From contig CAVQMO010000001.1 of the NCBI GenBank assembly GCA_963713605.1, positions 32,001 to 96,000 on the forward strand: a DNA stretch of 64,000 nt. The letters run 5' to 3'. Shown in pieces: positions 20,759-32,433 of the stretch. Positions within the stretch are counted from its first letter, which is position 1. Each line of letters opens with the position of its first letter. The position numbers and the translations under genes were made by a program. The notes under the pieces were generated by a model, which was not told the DNA's origin, did not search any database, and saw only the letters and a list, made by a program, of their open reading frames with translations. The stretch comes from an uncultured Nitrososphaerales archaeon. Its GTDB lineage: Archaea > Thermoproteota > Nitrososphaeria > Nitrososphaerales > Nitrososphaeraceae.

Positions 20759-22033
20759 CTAATATGCTTTAAAATTCTTGCCCAAGCTCTGTGAGCCAAT
20801 TTTGAGTGCCAGCACCTCATTCGTGCCTTCATAGATAATAGTCGCACGGGTATCCAAGAAGTGCCTTGTAACCCTAGATTTTTTGGTGTATCCAGCGGAG
20901 CCGAATATTTGAACTGAACGATTAGCGGCATCAAACGCACAATTGCTAGCATAGAACTTGGATATAGCAGAAATTCTGTCTGCCTCGTTTCTTAATCGAA
21001 CGTACTTCTTATTGGATTTATTCAATTTTAATTGCCAGTCCGTATTATCTTTCTTAAATGACTCGACATAATCTTGCAAATGCTGTCTAGTGACAGCCGC
21101 ACGATAAACAAGCCATCTAGAGCTCTCTAGACTTACAACCATCTTTGCAAGATGATCTTGAATTAGTTGTTTTTTACCTAGGAGGTCTCCGTGCTGAGTT
21201 CTGTGTTTGGAATAACGGATTGACTCTACCAAGCAATCTTTAATGACGCCTATGGCTCCTGCTGCGACGCTCAGGCGACCATCTATGAGTGCGCTGTATG
21301 CTATGCTTAGACCCTGCCCTTTCAGGCCTAAGAGGTTCTCCTTGGGAATAATGCAATTTCTAAAAAGAAGTTCAGCGTTCTCTACTGTGAGGAGACCCAT
21401 TTTATTTTTGATCTCTTTTCGCCTTATACCCTGACAGTCTTTATCTATTATAAATGCAGAAATTCTTCCGTCTCCACGTCCATCTTTACTGTTCCGTTCC
21501 TTAGCATATGTAGTCAACAGGTCTGCAAACGTTCCATTACCAACCCAATGCTTCCTTCCATTTAGGACATAGTGGTCGCTTTTTTCTTCAAATCCCATTT
21601 CCATAGAAGTTGGATCGCTTCCAGCAGTAGGTTCAGTAAGGGCGAATGCCATTATGCTTTTCCCTCTTGTGGTATGCGGAAGGTATTCTTTTTTCTGTGC
21701 CTCGTTAGCCCACCCTTGAAGGACCAGCTGACCAATTGAAGTGTGAGCTGATAGGAATGTTCTAACAGAACTTCCTTCTTCTCCTATCCTTTCCAGTGCA
21801 AGACAGTAGGTGAGAAAGTCGTACCCCAGACCCCCATATTTTGTAGAAATTGGACAGCCTAGCATTCCAATATTTTTGAAAACTGGTACAATCCTATCAT
21901 TGATTCTTTCTTTAAGGTAACACTCTTCTTCATATTCCCGCAATAATTTGGATGCGTTATCGACTCTTGATAAGAAATTTCTCTGTCTCCTTGAAATACT
22001 GAAATTCATTTCCGAAAGATCATGATAACGCAT
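20759..22033 (-). CDS. Acyl-CoA dehydrogenase family protein
   Basis: FALTEPTAGSD, LNGRKHWVGNG, GRLSVAA, QIFGSAGY and IYEGTNEV. Confidence 0.93.
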   Translation of the reverse strand: MRYHDLSEMNFSISRRQRNFLSRVDNASKLLREYEEECYLKERINDRIVPVFKNIGMLGCPISTKYGGLGYDFLTYCLALERIGEEGSSVRTFLSAHTSIGQLVLQGWANEAQKKEYLPHTTRGKSIMAFALTEPTAGSDPTSMEMGFEEKSDHYVLNGRKHWVGNGTFADLLTTYAKERNSKDGRGDGRISAFIIDKDCQGIRRKEIKNKMGLLTVENAELLFRNCIIPKENLLGLKGQGLSIAYSALIDGRLSVAAGAIGVIKDCLVESIRYSKHRTQHGDLLGKKQLIQDHLAKMVVSLESSRWLVYRAAVTRQHLQDYVESFKKDNTDWQLKLNKSNKKYVRLRNEADRISAISKFYASNCAFDAANRSVQIFGSAGYTKKSRVTRHFLDTRATIIYEGTNEVLALKIGSQSLGKNFKAY

Positions 22034-22317
22034 ATCTGAACAATTATCGTAGCTGATATTAAAGCCGATTGTAACTTATGGCTACTTAACTATGTTGAGT
22101 AACTTCTATCAATAGTATTTGAAAATTTTTCTCATATACCGACCATCTCAGTTCTAATTGTTACTGTTACTGTGAGATAGGAGTATAATGTTCACATCAA
22201 TCTGCGCTTGAGAGTTAACTTGATGAGTAGAACAAGAAATCTAATTCTTAGCAAAGAATTAGCAGTCTATTGTTAACTAAAGAATTCCAGTTTATTGTGA
22301 TCAGCCATATTAATAGT

Positions 22318-23502
22318 TTATACAAAGTGAATTAGGCTCGAGGCCCTTTCATGCAGTATGTTTGCAAATTGTCGCATATCTATTTTATTAAATGGGCTGA
22401 TCTTTCTTAGAGTGTCTATTTCTTGCCCTTCTTCTAACATAGTTCGATTGCGCAATTCTTCTACGATTTTTTCCCTTAATCTCGGAGGACAGATCTTGCT
22501 ATGATAAATACAACCAAGAGACCCGAAGAACATTTCTTTAATGTGGTCATCTCCTTTCTCTTCATGAAAATGAGGATTGCGTGTTTCTACCTGACAAATT
22601 TCTATCCCCTTGTCCATTGCCTCTTGGTTTTCTGTGGGTAGAATTCCGCCAAATTCTTCCAGGACATTGACTATTTCATAAGGTTCTACTGAAAAGCCAG
22701 ATGAATAAGTAAGCAATTCGGCAAGCTTCATCGACATGCAATGTTCACCCGAATTCCCGGTACGCATAACTTCGGTCTCGAAGCCTGTATAATAAGAAAC
22801 TAGAGAGTTAAGATACTGATTAGTTATCTCAGAGACTCTCCCCCACTTGGAAAAGTACAGACCACTCTCTGAAACTTTAGGTTTGTATATCCATGAAATC
22901 CTAACCATCGTGTACGGGCTATTTGACATGGCAAGTCCTGATGCGAAGATCTTAACATATTCATTTACTGCGCCAGGAACATAATTATCTGCATCGATAA
23001 AACCAACGTAATCCTTTCCAGCCATCTTAGCAAGGAGCATCCCGGTGACCATGCCTTCAGCTTTTCCATTTCTAACTATGTCATCTGGTCCAAAGATGCT
23101 GTTATACCCTACCTCTTTAAGCGCATCTGAGAGCCCAGGATCTTTCTGGTGCAAAATTAACGCGTTCTTACCAACGAAACGGTTAAACTGCTCCAACGCC
23201 TCTTTTTCCAATTTGTACCTATCGACAGGTTGCCTGGGACTGTTGGAAACAATGATCGTAAGACAATCGTGCGGAATGCCACTTAACACACCCTCAAGAA
23301 GTTTTAATCGTTCGCCCTTAATTGGGATTACAATGGCCATTTTTTTCTCTATTTCAGAGATTTCTTCATTTCCAATGCTTCGAATAGTCTCTGAAGTGGG
23401 CCTTCCGTTACTAAAGCCAGAGTCTAACTCATATACACGCTGCACACCGTGTAAGCTTATTGCCCCAAATCTCTCAGTATACCTGGGATGATCAAGTTTC
23501 AT
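22318..23502 (-). CDS. mpgS: Mannosyl-3-phosphoglycerate synthase
   Basis: ERFGA......QRVYELDSG, GVLSGIPHDC, RNGKAEGM, GFIDADNYVPGAVNEY and ETRNPHFHEEKG. Confidence 0.95.
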   Translation of the reverse strand: MKLDHPRYTERFGAISLHGVQRVYELDSGFSNGRPTSETIRSIGNEEISEIEKKMAIVIPIKGERLKLLEGVLSGIPHDCLTIIVSNSPRQPVDRYKLEKEALEQFNRFVGKNALILHQKDPGLSDALKEVGYNSIFGPDDIVRNGKAEGMVTGMLLAKMAGKDYVGFIDADNYVPGAVNEYVKIFASGLAMSNSPYTMVRISWIYKPKVSESGLYFSKWGRVSEITNQYLNSLVSYYTGFETEVMRTGNSGEHCMSMKLAELLTYSSGFSVEPYEIVNVLEEFGGILPTENQEAMDKGIEICQVETRNPHFHEEKGDDHIKEMFFGSLGCIYHSKICPPRLREKIVEELRNRTMLEEGQEIDTLRKISPFNKIDMRQFANILHERASSLIHFV

Positions 23503-23757
23503 TTTGAGAAAGGAAATGTTTTTATCGCTTATAACTATTGGGAGCTATGTAATCATTCAAAATGTCTAGCAGACTTACCAGATTGGGCTAATGTCATACT
23601 CTTCAGTAATAAATTTCCTGTAGTTTTAGCTGCAACTTAAAATACTGCCTCTTCCTGTTGTGTCATCTGTTTTCTAGAGCAAGACCCTTTAGACGAGAGC
23701 ATAAAACTGCACGACTAAGCAAAAAATTATGCATTAATCCTAAAAGAATAAAACTTG

Positions 23758-25960
23758 TCATTCTTTATCTATGAATTCGTCTGGATTTGGTGGGTCTGGA
23801 TTTAGACCCTTTCTTTTTCGTATGTCTGCGACTAGACTTTTTAAAATGGATTGGGGGACTGGCTGCCAGGATTTAAAATAGGTACTCCACAAAGCTTTTC
23901 CGGCGGTACCACCACGCATAACCTCAGAAAGGTCGAACGTTTCAGATGCAGGAACTTCGCCTTGGATAATTGTGATAAGTCCCTTCTGATCCACGTTAAT
24001 CAATTTGCCTCTCTTACTCGAGAGAATTCCTGCTACTGTACCAATCTGTTCCTGAGGACATTTTACCTCAATGCCAAGAATCGGTTCGAGTAAGGTGGGA
24101 TCTGCTATCAGCATTGAGCCAAGCATGGACCTACGTGTTGCCGGCATTAACTGAGCTAACCCTCTATGTGCAGGATCCTCGTGAGGAACAAAGTGATGTA
24201 ACACAAATTTGACTCCTCTCACGGTCTCATGTGCAATTGGTCCAGAATGTGTCACATCGTCAAACCCTGACCTAATGGAATCCATGGATTCTTGAATAAA
24301 TTGAACACCTTTTGTCTCATCAATAAGCATGTTTCCAGTTACGTCTAGAGCAGCGACGCTACGTGCCTCATCTGCACTCCATCCTTTTTCACGAAGGAGC
24401 CGAGCCATTTCCTTCTTGTCCATATCTTCTTTAATTTGCCCGGTCCTTATCATATCAATAATATCCTCATTTAGTGGCTCCACTCGCATGAAGATTTTGT
24501 TATGCTTATTAGGAGATTTGCTCATGATAGGGCTTGTTTTATATCTGCTGGTTTCACGATAGTTGATTAATGGCTGAGTCGTAGTTATTTCCAAACCTGC
24601 TTCCTGCAAAAGAGAGGTAGCAATTTCCAGATGAAGAACCCCCATGCCTGCCATCAGCGTTTCACCTGACTCCTCATTGATTTTTACAATCAGATTAGGA
24701 TCTTCAACTGTGATCTTCCTTAGGGCTTCAACTAATTTAGGCAGATCTCTTGGATGCTTAGGTTCGACTGCTATCGTTACAACTGGCTCTGAAACATATT
24801 TAATTGATTCAAAAGGCTGGAATTGACTTCACTGAAGAAATTGTTTCACCTGCGACAGCATAATCCAATCCAAGTAGTGCTGGAATATTTCCTGCAGGCA
24901 ACATGTTTACTAGTTCGCGGGTATTTCCCATATAGATATTCACGGATTGAATTTTTCCTGGCCGCTTTGCATCGATCAGATATGCTTCATCTCCATCTTT
25001 CACGGTACCTGAGAAAAGTCGTCCTGTTGCTATTCTACCTGCCTGAGGATCAACATTAATCGTTGTCACCATCATTACTACTGGACCTTTGTCATCACAG
25101 GAAATGAGAGATTTACCGAGTTCGGAATTCAAATCGCCAGGCCAAATTTTGGGAATTCGATACCGTTGAGCAACGTGAGGAGGTGGATGGTGTTCAACTA
25201 CCATCCCGAGAACGGCTTCATGCAGTGGTGCCCTCTCTGCCAGGTTCTTGATTGCTGAAGGATCATCAGAGGTATATGCATCGTAGACATCCTTAAAACT
25301 GACTCCTTTTTTCTGTGCAACTTTGAAATTAAATCCCCATCTATCCTTGGCTGAGCCAAAAGCAACGCTATTTCCTTGGATACCGACCTTCCATTTTTCT
25401 TTGATCTCAGGCTCTGCGTAAATATCAATCAAATGATTGAAGTCGGCGATGATATTAGATAACCACCTTTGCATTGCTGCGGCATCCAATCTCAATTCCT
25501 TTACCAGTCTGTCAATCTTGTTTATGTACAGGACGGGTCTTACCCTCTCTTCTAAAGCCTGCCTCGTCACTGTCTCGGTCTGTGTCATTATCCCTTCGAC
25601 GGAGTCTGAAACCACAACCGCACCGTCAATCGCCCGCAGCGCACGGGTAACCCTTCCAGTAAAATCTATGTGCCCGGGTGTATCAATCATGTTAATCACG
25701 TACTCTTTCCCCTCTTTTTCGTAGTACAAAGTAACATTAGCCCCTCTAATTGTCATCTGCCTATTCTGCTCAAGCTTCATTGAATCTAATGCAAGAGCCT
25801 GCCCTGCAATTGACGGCGAGATAATTCCTGATGCCGCCAAGAGGCTATCACTCATAGTAGTTTTGCCATGATCAACATGAGCAATGACCCCAAAATTGCG
25901 AATCTGCTCTTTATTTCCTATAATTCTAAGGATATCCTGGGTCGATTTGAATTTAGGCAT
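23758..25960 (-). CDS. fusA: Translation elongation factor EF-2, +1 frameshift in a T4 run at 24811-24814
   Basis: AHVDHGKTT, DTPGHIDF, NKID, GMGVLHLE and diphthamide loop HEDPAHRG; removing one T restores AFESIKYVSEPVV. Confidence 0.97.
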
Positions 25961-26450
25961 CTATTCAGTCAGAAAATTTTGCTGGAGGTCTATTAAACGT
26001 TCCTTTGTCCTAAGTTCCCCGCATTCTATAGATACTGAATGCTTGTTCTGTAGAGGGAAATCAGGTCAACGCTGATTTGTGTCCGCGTCAATTGGGTACC
26101 GATTGGGAATGTGGTCAATGAAAGTACGGTAAACAAAGCTTCCTTGAGAGCTACTCGTGATTCATCACGACCAAAGTTCTCCCAAATGTCGCCTGACAGC
26201 ACCTCATTTTCGGAACAGTCAAATATTCCATTGCCCTTGCCCGCATGCTGCCAACATATTCATCCAATTTTTGCAAAAATAAAAAGGAGCGATATGGGCC
26301 GTAAATTTTTGGTAGTCAAGTAGGGTAAACTTAAACCAAGAATTCAGCCTTTCTGAAAATTAGTAACATTGAGTACTAATTGGCTTCACACTAACTTGCG
26401 AACACAAAATTATAAGTAAGGGGGAAGGGGCACCAGTAGATATATTCCGC

Positions 26451-27689
26451 ATGAACGGCGAAAATATCCCTACCAGTAGGCGTCCCACAATAGAGGATAT
26501 ATCCACAGCAAGAAGTTCACTTGACATGAGTATAAGAAAAACTCCATTACACAAATCTGATACGTTTTCAAGGATGGTGGGCACGGATATATTCCTCAAG
26601 CTGGAGTGTTTACAAAAGACAGGATCGTTTAAGGTTAGAGGTGCTTTTACCAAGTTAAATTCTCTGTCTGACAAGGAGCGATCCAATGGAGTAATTGCAG
26701 CTTCAGCAGGGAATCATGCCCAAGGCCTTGCCTACGCTTCTTCCAAAGAAAATATTCATTGTACTATTGTAATGCCTAGAAATGCCTCCCCTGCTAAAGT
26801 CGCCGCAACTAGGTCTTATGGAGCTAGGGTGATCCTTTCAGGTGAGAATTATGATGCGTCGTGGGATGAAACGGTTCGTATCGCAAAGGAGCAAAGGCTT
26901 ACAATTGTTCACGCATTTAACGATGGCCAGGTAGTATGCGGGCAAGGAACAATCGGCTTGGAGCTACTTGAGGATTTGAATGATTTTGATAGGATCTACT
27001 TGCCCATTGGGGGGGGTGGATTGGCAGCCGGAGTAGCTATCGCAGTAAAAGCAAAGAGGCCCAATGTTAAGATTATTGGAGTTGAATCGGAAGCATTTCC
27101 TTCAATAAAGGAATCTATTGCCAAAGGTAAATTGCAGACCATAAACTCAGGCTATACTATAGCAGATGGCATCTCAGTGAAATCACCGGGGGAGTTGACA
27201 TACGAAATAATAAGGGACTTGGTTGATGATATTGTGCTAATAGATGATACCTCTATCGTCAAGACCATGTTCCTGTTAATGGAACGAGCAAAGCTGGTAG
27301 TTGAACCTGCTGGAGCAGCTAGCCTAGCGTACCTTGTGTCCAACGGTTACGCCAAAAAGGATGAAAAGGTAATCGCCCTCTTATCTGGCGGAAATGTTGA
27401 CATGTACCTATTGGGACAGGTTGTAGCGAAGGGTCTAATGTATATGGGCAGAATGCTTAAAATATTTATTCAATTGCCAGACAAACCAGGAGCATTGAAG
27501 AATGTGGTTGACTGCATAGCTGGCTTGAGTGTGAATATTGTCGAAGTTGAACACGATCGACTAAGCTCTAACATTCCTGCGGGAACAGCAGGTGTCTATT
27601 TGAGCCTAGAGGTTGAAGATATCTCTCATGAGGAACGTCTCATAGACCGGCTTAAGAACCAAGGTATTAAGTTCAAAGTACTTAGATGA
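26451..27689 (+). CDS. ilvA: Threonine ammonia-lyase with C-terminal ACT domain
   Basis: KLECLQKTGSFKVRGA, SAGNHAQG, PIGGGGL, SGGNVD and LPDKPGAL (ACT). Confidence 0.93.
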   Translation: MNGENIPTSRRPTIEDISTARSSLDMSIRKTPLHKSDTFSRMVGTDIFLKLECLQKTGSFKVRGAFTKLNSLSDKERSNGVIAASAGNHAQGLAYASSKENIHCTIVMPRNASPAKVAATRSYGARVILSGENYDASWDETVRIAKEQRLTIVHAFNDGQVVCGQGTIGLELLEDLNDFDRIYLPIGGGGLAAGVAIAVKAKRPNVKIIGVESEAFPSIKESIAKGKLQTINSGYTIADGISVKSPGELTYEIIRDLVDDIVLIDDTSIVKTMFLLMERAKLVVEPAGAASLAYLVSNGYAKKDEKVIALLSGGNVDMYLLGQVVAKGLMYMGRMLKIFIQLPDKPGALKNVVDCIAGLSVNIVEVEHDRLSSNIPAGTAGVYLSLEVEDISHEERLIDRLKNQGIKFKVLR

Positions 27690-28079
27690 AGGGATAAGAC
27701 TTGTTTTATAAGAGAGTTTTATTAGAGGGCTTTTATTTGACTCTTACCTCTTCAGAATTCGGTGAGAAGTGATTTGAGGACTCATTCTCAATGGGCTATA
27801 ACTTCAGCCGTATGCTAATCAATTTGTGTAGTTCACAATTGAGGTCGCTTGTTTTACATGTCATTTAATCATTTTCTAGCCCTTTGTCATACTGGTATGT
27901 TTTCTATAAGAATCCTAACTAACAGCCTGTTCTCATTCTTAGGATCAGGTTGGGTATCTGTAGAAACTTTTGCAAGAATCCATACCTTGGACAATCAAAT
28001 GATTTGGCTCAATACAATATATTAGATTAATATTCCAAACGTCCTAACAGGAAGATTCTTTCTGCCTATAGCAATATCA

Positions 28080-29546
28080 TCATACATCTGCATACATCGA
28101 AAATTCGTGTGGATGAGGTCTCACAGCTACCTCATTGTATTCATTAATTTCTTGTTCTAAGATCGTATCAATTGTATCATCGCTAAGTATTGGCTTCAGG
28201 AATTCTCTGTCACTACGTAATTCTTCGCAAGCATCACGTAAACTAGTTGGCAGTTGTCTTATGCCGAGTTCAGTTCTTCTTTTAGGGGTCATTTTAAAAA
28301 TATCCTCATCTATTGGGTCTCCTATTGAGCTACGCTTGTTGATACCATCAAATCCAGCGGCCATTATTGCTGAAAAAGCCAGGTATGGATTACAAGAAGG
28401 ATCGGGTGCTCTAAATTCAAGTCGCTTAAGGGCCGAGAACCTTTCACCCCTGTAGTGGGCAGGGACCCTAATAATGGCCGATCTATTTCCGGTACTCCAT
28501 GAGATATATACAGGGGCTTCATACCCTGGAACCAAACGACGGTATGAATTTGTAGTTGGAGCAACTATGGCAGCGAGCGCAGATGCATGATCTAATACTC
28601 CACCTCCAAAATTCCTTGCAAGCTCAGATACTTCTGCATAATTATCATTTGCATCAAAAAAGAGATTTTTGTTATCTTTCCACAGGCTTACATTAACATG
28701 CATCCCCGACCCATTATCCAACGCAATAGGCTTTGGCATCATTGTAGCAATCATGCCATGTTTCTTGGCTACATTTTTCACAATATATTTATAACTTTGT
28801 ACCGAATCTGCGGAATTAACCAGAGTATCGTATCGAATATCGATTTCACACTGACCGGCCGTTGCTACCTCGTGGTGGTGGGCATCACAGACAATCCCAA
28901 AGTTGTTGCTTAGCACATCTACACATTCATTTCGATACTCCATGAGACTATCTCCTGGGGCACTGGGAAGGTAGCCTTCTTTCAAACGAAGAGCGTAACC
29001 AGCGCCTTCTGCTGACCAAGGTGATTCCCTGGAAGTAATTTTATAGCTCTGGCCATGATACGGAGTCATGGTATTTACCTCAAGTTTGTCGAACACAAAA
29101 AACTCAACTTCGGGGCCCCAGTAAGAGTATTCATAGCCTTGCTTGCGAACATATTTCTCTGCCTTATCTGCAATTCCTCTGGGATCTCTGACAAATGCAT
29201 CCCTTCTAGAATCTCCTTTAATAACATCGCAAATCAATCGGGCAGTCTGATCCTTTTCGAGCCATGGGATAGTAGCGTATGTAGAGGCGTCAGGCATTAT
29301 TATTAAATCGGATTCCTGTATTTCTGTGAATCCACGTATCGATGATCCATCGACTTTCGGGAGCCCAATTTCGAAATCTTCAACGCGAAACATATTTGCA
29401 GCCACAGTAGTATGATGAAACCGTCCTGTTAAACCAGTAAACTGTAGATCAATGAATTTGATTTTATCAACCCTCAATCTACGCATCACTTCGCTTGGAG
29501 TAAATGACAAAGGTTCTATTCTACCGTCAGTAACTTTATACGGCAA
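28080..29546 (-). CDS. glnA: Glutamine synthetase type I
   Basis: DGSSIRGF, HHHEVATAGQCEI, MPKP...DNGSGMH, SYRRLVPGYEAP, NRSA.IRVP and EFRAPDP..NPYL; TTG start. Confidence 0.97.
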   Translation of the reverse strand: MPYKVTDGRIEPLSFTPSEVMRRLRVDKIKFIDLQFTGLTGRFHHTTVAANMFRVEDFEIGLPKVDGSSIRGFTEIQESDLIIMPDASTYATIPWLEKDQTARLICDVIKGDSRRDAFVRDPRGIADKAEKYVRKQGYEYSYWGPEVEFFVFDKLEVNTMTPYHGQSYKITSRESPWSAEGAGYALRLKEGYLPSAPGDSLMEYRNECVDVLSNNFGIVCDAHHHEVATAGQCEIDIRYDTLVNSADSVQSYKYIVKNVAKKHGMIATMMPKPIALDNGSGMHVNVSLWKDNKNLFFDANDNYAEVSELARNFGGGVLDHASALAAIVAPTTNSYRRLVPGYEAPVYISWSTGNRSAIIRVPAHYRGERFSALKRLEFRAPDPSCNPYLAFSAIMAAGFDGINKRSSIGDPIDEDIFKMTPKRRTELGIRQLPTSLRDACEELRSDREFLKPILSDDTIDTILEQEINEYNEVAVRPHPHEFSMYADV

Positions 29547-29553
29547 TGGAATA

Positions 29554-29585
29554 TCCTATGTTAGGACACAGATCCCATAATTAAG
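29554..29585 (-). promoter_or_regulatory. glnA TATA-like box with downstream GTGTCCTAACAT motif / TCCTA-N3-TAGGA palindrome
   Basis: Minus strand reads CTTAATTATGGGATCT GTGTCCTAACATAGGA, then TTG; the palindrome is at 29554-29566. Confidence 0.5.
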
Positions 29586-29744
29586 CTTTCAAGGCATAGT
29601 CTGACCCATAAAATATGTCGAATATATTATAAACGTGATGTATTAAGTCAACCGTGTTTTCAAAATGTATAAAGTAAAAGGTAATGGTTCATTTGAAAGA
29701 TACTTCATAACAATTTTATTCTTTCAGATCAATTGCAATCACTG

Positions 29745-31115
29745 ATGCCTATCCTACCCTTAGATAGTGGTCGCTATGGAAGCAAAGAAATTCGAGAAAT
29801 ATTTGATGACAATTGCAAATTAGACTACCAGTTGAAATTTGAAGCTGAAGTTGCTATGGCACAAGGCGAATTAGGAGTGATCCCAGAAAATGCCTCCAAG
29901 GAAATTGCAGATGTCGCGAATTCTAGTAGAATAAGTTTGAAACGAATAAAAGAGTTGGAGTCGATTAGTGAACACGATACCGCTGCATTCGTAGAATCCG
30001 TCGCGGAAGAATGTTCAGAGGTGGCTAAGCCATGGGTACATTATGGCTTAACGAGTAGCGATATAGTCGATACAAGTACTTCTTTGCAATTAAGGGACTC
30101 GTTGAAGATTATCGAAAACAAATTACTTAGGTTAGCAAGGGTCCTATCGGATCGTGCTTTGCAATTCAAAGATTTGCCAGCAGTTGGTAGGACTCATGGT
30201 CAGCATGCCAGTATAATTGCTTTCGGTCTTAAGTTCGCAGTCTGGGCATCAGAAATTGTCCGGCACTTGGAAAGAATTGACGAGGGGAAAAAGCGCTTTC
30301 TGGTTTGCAAGACGCTGGGAGTAGTTGGAACAGGATCTGTGATGGGCAAACGTGCGTTAGAAGTGCAGAGATTAGTCGCTGACAGATTGGGCCTATTTCC
30401 GGTCGATTCTGCCACACAAGTAGTCTCTCGGGAACGATATGCAGAAGCCCAGTTTTTCCTCGCTCTTATAGGAACAACTTTGGACAGGATGGCAGTTGAA
30501 ATTAGAAATTTGCAGAGAACAGAAATTGGAGAAGTTTCTGAACCCTTCAAAAGAGGTCAGATGGGAAGTAGCGCGGTTCCAGTTAAACGCAATCCCATCA
30601 AAAGCGAGAGGATTTCATCTCTCTCCAGACTCTTGCGAGCGCTGGTAGGTGTTGCGATGGAAAACGTATCTCTTTGGCACGAACGTGATTTGTCAAACTC
30701 GGCCAACGAAAGATTTACCATTCCTATGACAGTTATTCTATTGGATGAAATGTTAAATTTGATGACAAATGTCATCAGCAATTTGGAGATTCACAACGAA
30801 AGAATTATTTCGAATTTGAAAATTACAGATGGCCAAATCTACGCTGAATTCGTGTTGGATCTGCTGATAAAGAAGGGTATTCCTCGATTTGACGCTTATC
30901 GAGGCATCCAAAGAGTTGCTTTCTCAGCAATCGAAAATAAACAGTCATTTCTCGACGCTATTCGAAATGATTCAGAATTGGGAAAACGTTTGATGTCAGA
31001 AGATTTAATCGACATTTTTGAACCAGGCAAACATCTTTCAGCATCGACAACAATAATTGAAAATATAGCAAAAATGGTCTATGATGCACAGCTCAAATAT
31101 GCTCAGCCAGCTTAA
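29745..31115 (+). CDS. purB: Adenylosuccinate lyase
   Basis: HYGLTSSD, GRTHGQHA, GSSAVPVKRNPI and LWHERDLSNS. Confidence 0.96.
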   Translation: MPILPLDSGRYGSKEIREIFDDNCKLDYQLKFEAEVAMAQGELGVIPENASKEIADVANSSRISLKRIKELESISEHDTAAFVESVAEECSEVAKPWVHYGLTSSDIVDTSTSLQLRDSLKIIENKLLRLARVLSDRALQFKDLPAVGRTHGQHASIIAFGLKFAVWASEIVRHLERIDEGKKRFLVCKTLGVVGTGSVMGKRALEVQRLVADRLGLFPVDSATQVVSRERYAEAQFFLALIGTTLDRMAVEIRNLQRTEIGEVSEPFKRGQMGSSAVPVKRNPIKSERISSLSRLLRALVGVAMENVSLWHERDLSNSANERFTIPMTVILLDEMLNLMTNVISNLEIHNERIISNLKITDGQIYAEFVLDLLIKKGIPRFDAYRGIQRVAFSAIENKQSFLDAIRNDSELGKRLMSEDLIDIFEPGKHLSASTTIIENIAKMVYDAQLKYAQPA

Positions 31116-31144
31116 TATAGACTCCGCATCAATTGGTCGAAAGC

Positions 31145-31924
31145 CTAAAGACATTCTCGTTGATTACGATGATTGTGCTTAGTAAAATATTTGTGAATCA
31201 AAGAACCATATTGTAATGCCTTTTTGGGTTTCATAGCAGCTTCCTGTGGTATACCCATATCTAATGCAAGCCTACGTATGATATGTTTCCTAAGCATATC
31301 GTTTTCGCTCTTTATTTTCTCCCCGATTGGAATTGTGTTGGCAAATTCGATGAACTTCTCTGACAGAAATGGTTTTTTAATAGTTACTCCGTGATAAGAG
31401 GCTACTATTGCAATTTCCTCCATTAGTAACAGTTCATTTAGAATCATTCCGTGCATAAGTTCCATAATGCCAGATTTACCATATTTATACACAAATCGAT
31501 ATTGATTGTAGCCACAGAAAAGTTCGTCTATTCCATTCGCAGTCAGTACTATATTGAAACCATTTTCTTTAGCCAGACGAGCTACATATAAATAGGCAAT
31601 GCAGTTTTCCAAATGTGACACAATTCCGCAATTGATTCTCTGTTTTACCCTATTGAGGATTTCATAAAATTCATCCTCTTGGATAATATGTTTCTTGTAA
31701 GGGATCAGCAGCTGGGAAGCAATAGTCTCGGAAAAAATCATATCATGTGAGCCCGCAAATCCCACCGTCAATAAAGTCACTGACCTATTCAAATCTCTAC
31801 ACATCTTTGCAAGCACTGAACTATCAAGTCCGCCAGAGAAGGCTACTGCTACGGATTTCTCCTCTCCTAAAGAAGCTTTTAGTTCATCCTGCATTACTTT
31901 GTATAGTTGGGTAAACAGTTTCAA
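31145..31924 (-). CDS. Asparagine synthase C-terminal-domain protein (no glutaminase domain)
   Basis: AFSGGLDSS PP-loop, NGIDELFCGY, PFL and KPKKALQYGS. Confidence 0.85.
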   Translation of the reverse strand: MKLFTQLYKVMQDELKASLGEEKSVAVAFSGGLDSSVLAKMCRDLNRSVTLLTVGFAGSHDMIFSETIASQLLIPYKKHIIQEDEFYEILNRVKQRINCGIVSHLENCIAYLYVARLAKENGFNIVLTANGIDELFCGYNQYRFVYKYGKSGIMELMHGMILNELLLMEEIAIVASYHGVTIKKPFLSEKFIEFANTIPIGEKIKSENDMLRKHIIRRLALDMGIPQEAAMKPKKALQYGSLIHKYFTKHNHRNQRECL

Positions 31925-32057
31925 GATCGTAAATGAGGGCTTAGGTTATTTTACTAAGTTGATTTCATACTTGTATTCTAAATTTCTTAGCTTTATCAAA
32001 CTTTCTTGCCGCCGGGATGAAAGAGAACGATTAGATTAGAGATCATGAAAGGCGATA

Positions 32058-32366
32058 CTAGTAGCTTATCTTAAATTCCTGAAATTCCCCTGAGTATGTA
32101 TCATAGCTCAGTTCAATCTTATCTACGTGTGCATTTGGGGGCCCCACCTTAAACCAACTAATTGCAACTTCAACAGAATTTTTGTCACCCTCGAGTATCG
32201 CCGCTACACTACCATCCTCTACGTTGTGTACCCGACCTGTAACTCCATATTCATTGCAAATGCGTTGAGCATTCTGTCTGAAATATACTCCCTGTACCTT
32301 ACCTTTAACAACGATATTTGCTCTGATCTTAATTTGGCTATTCTTGTTCCGGTTCAAGTCGTTCAT
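32058..32366 (-). CDS. acyP: Acylphosphatase
   Basis: VKGKVQGVYFR, G.V.N..DGSV and GPPNAHV. Confidence 0.93.
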   Translation of the reverse strand: MNDLNRNKNSQIKIRANIVVKGKVQGVYFRQNAQRICNEYGVTGRVHNVEDGSVAAILEGDKNSVEVAISWFKVGPPNAHVDKIELSYDTYSGEFQEFKISY

Positions 32367-32433
32367 TGTACTGATGCATAATCATTGACAAGTACACCGG
32401 TGCACATTTCATCCCAGTTGTTATGACACCACA

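Noticed and set aside
26040..26400. Possible RNase P/SRP RNA or small gene between fusA and ilvA
   Set aside because: No GAGGAAAGUCC P4 or SRP helix-8 motif; no ORF resembles a known family.
28200..28330. GlnA lacking the adenylylation Tyr (DIFKM instead of NLYDL)
   Set aside because: Usual for archaeal glutamine synthetases not controlled by GlnE.
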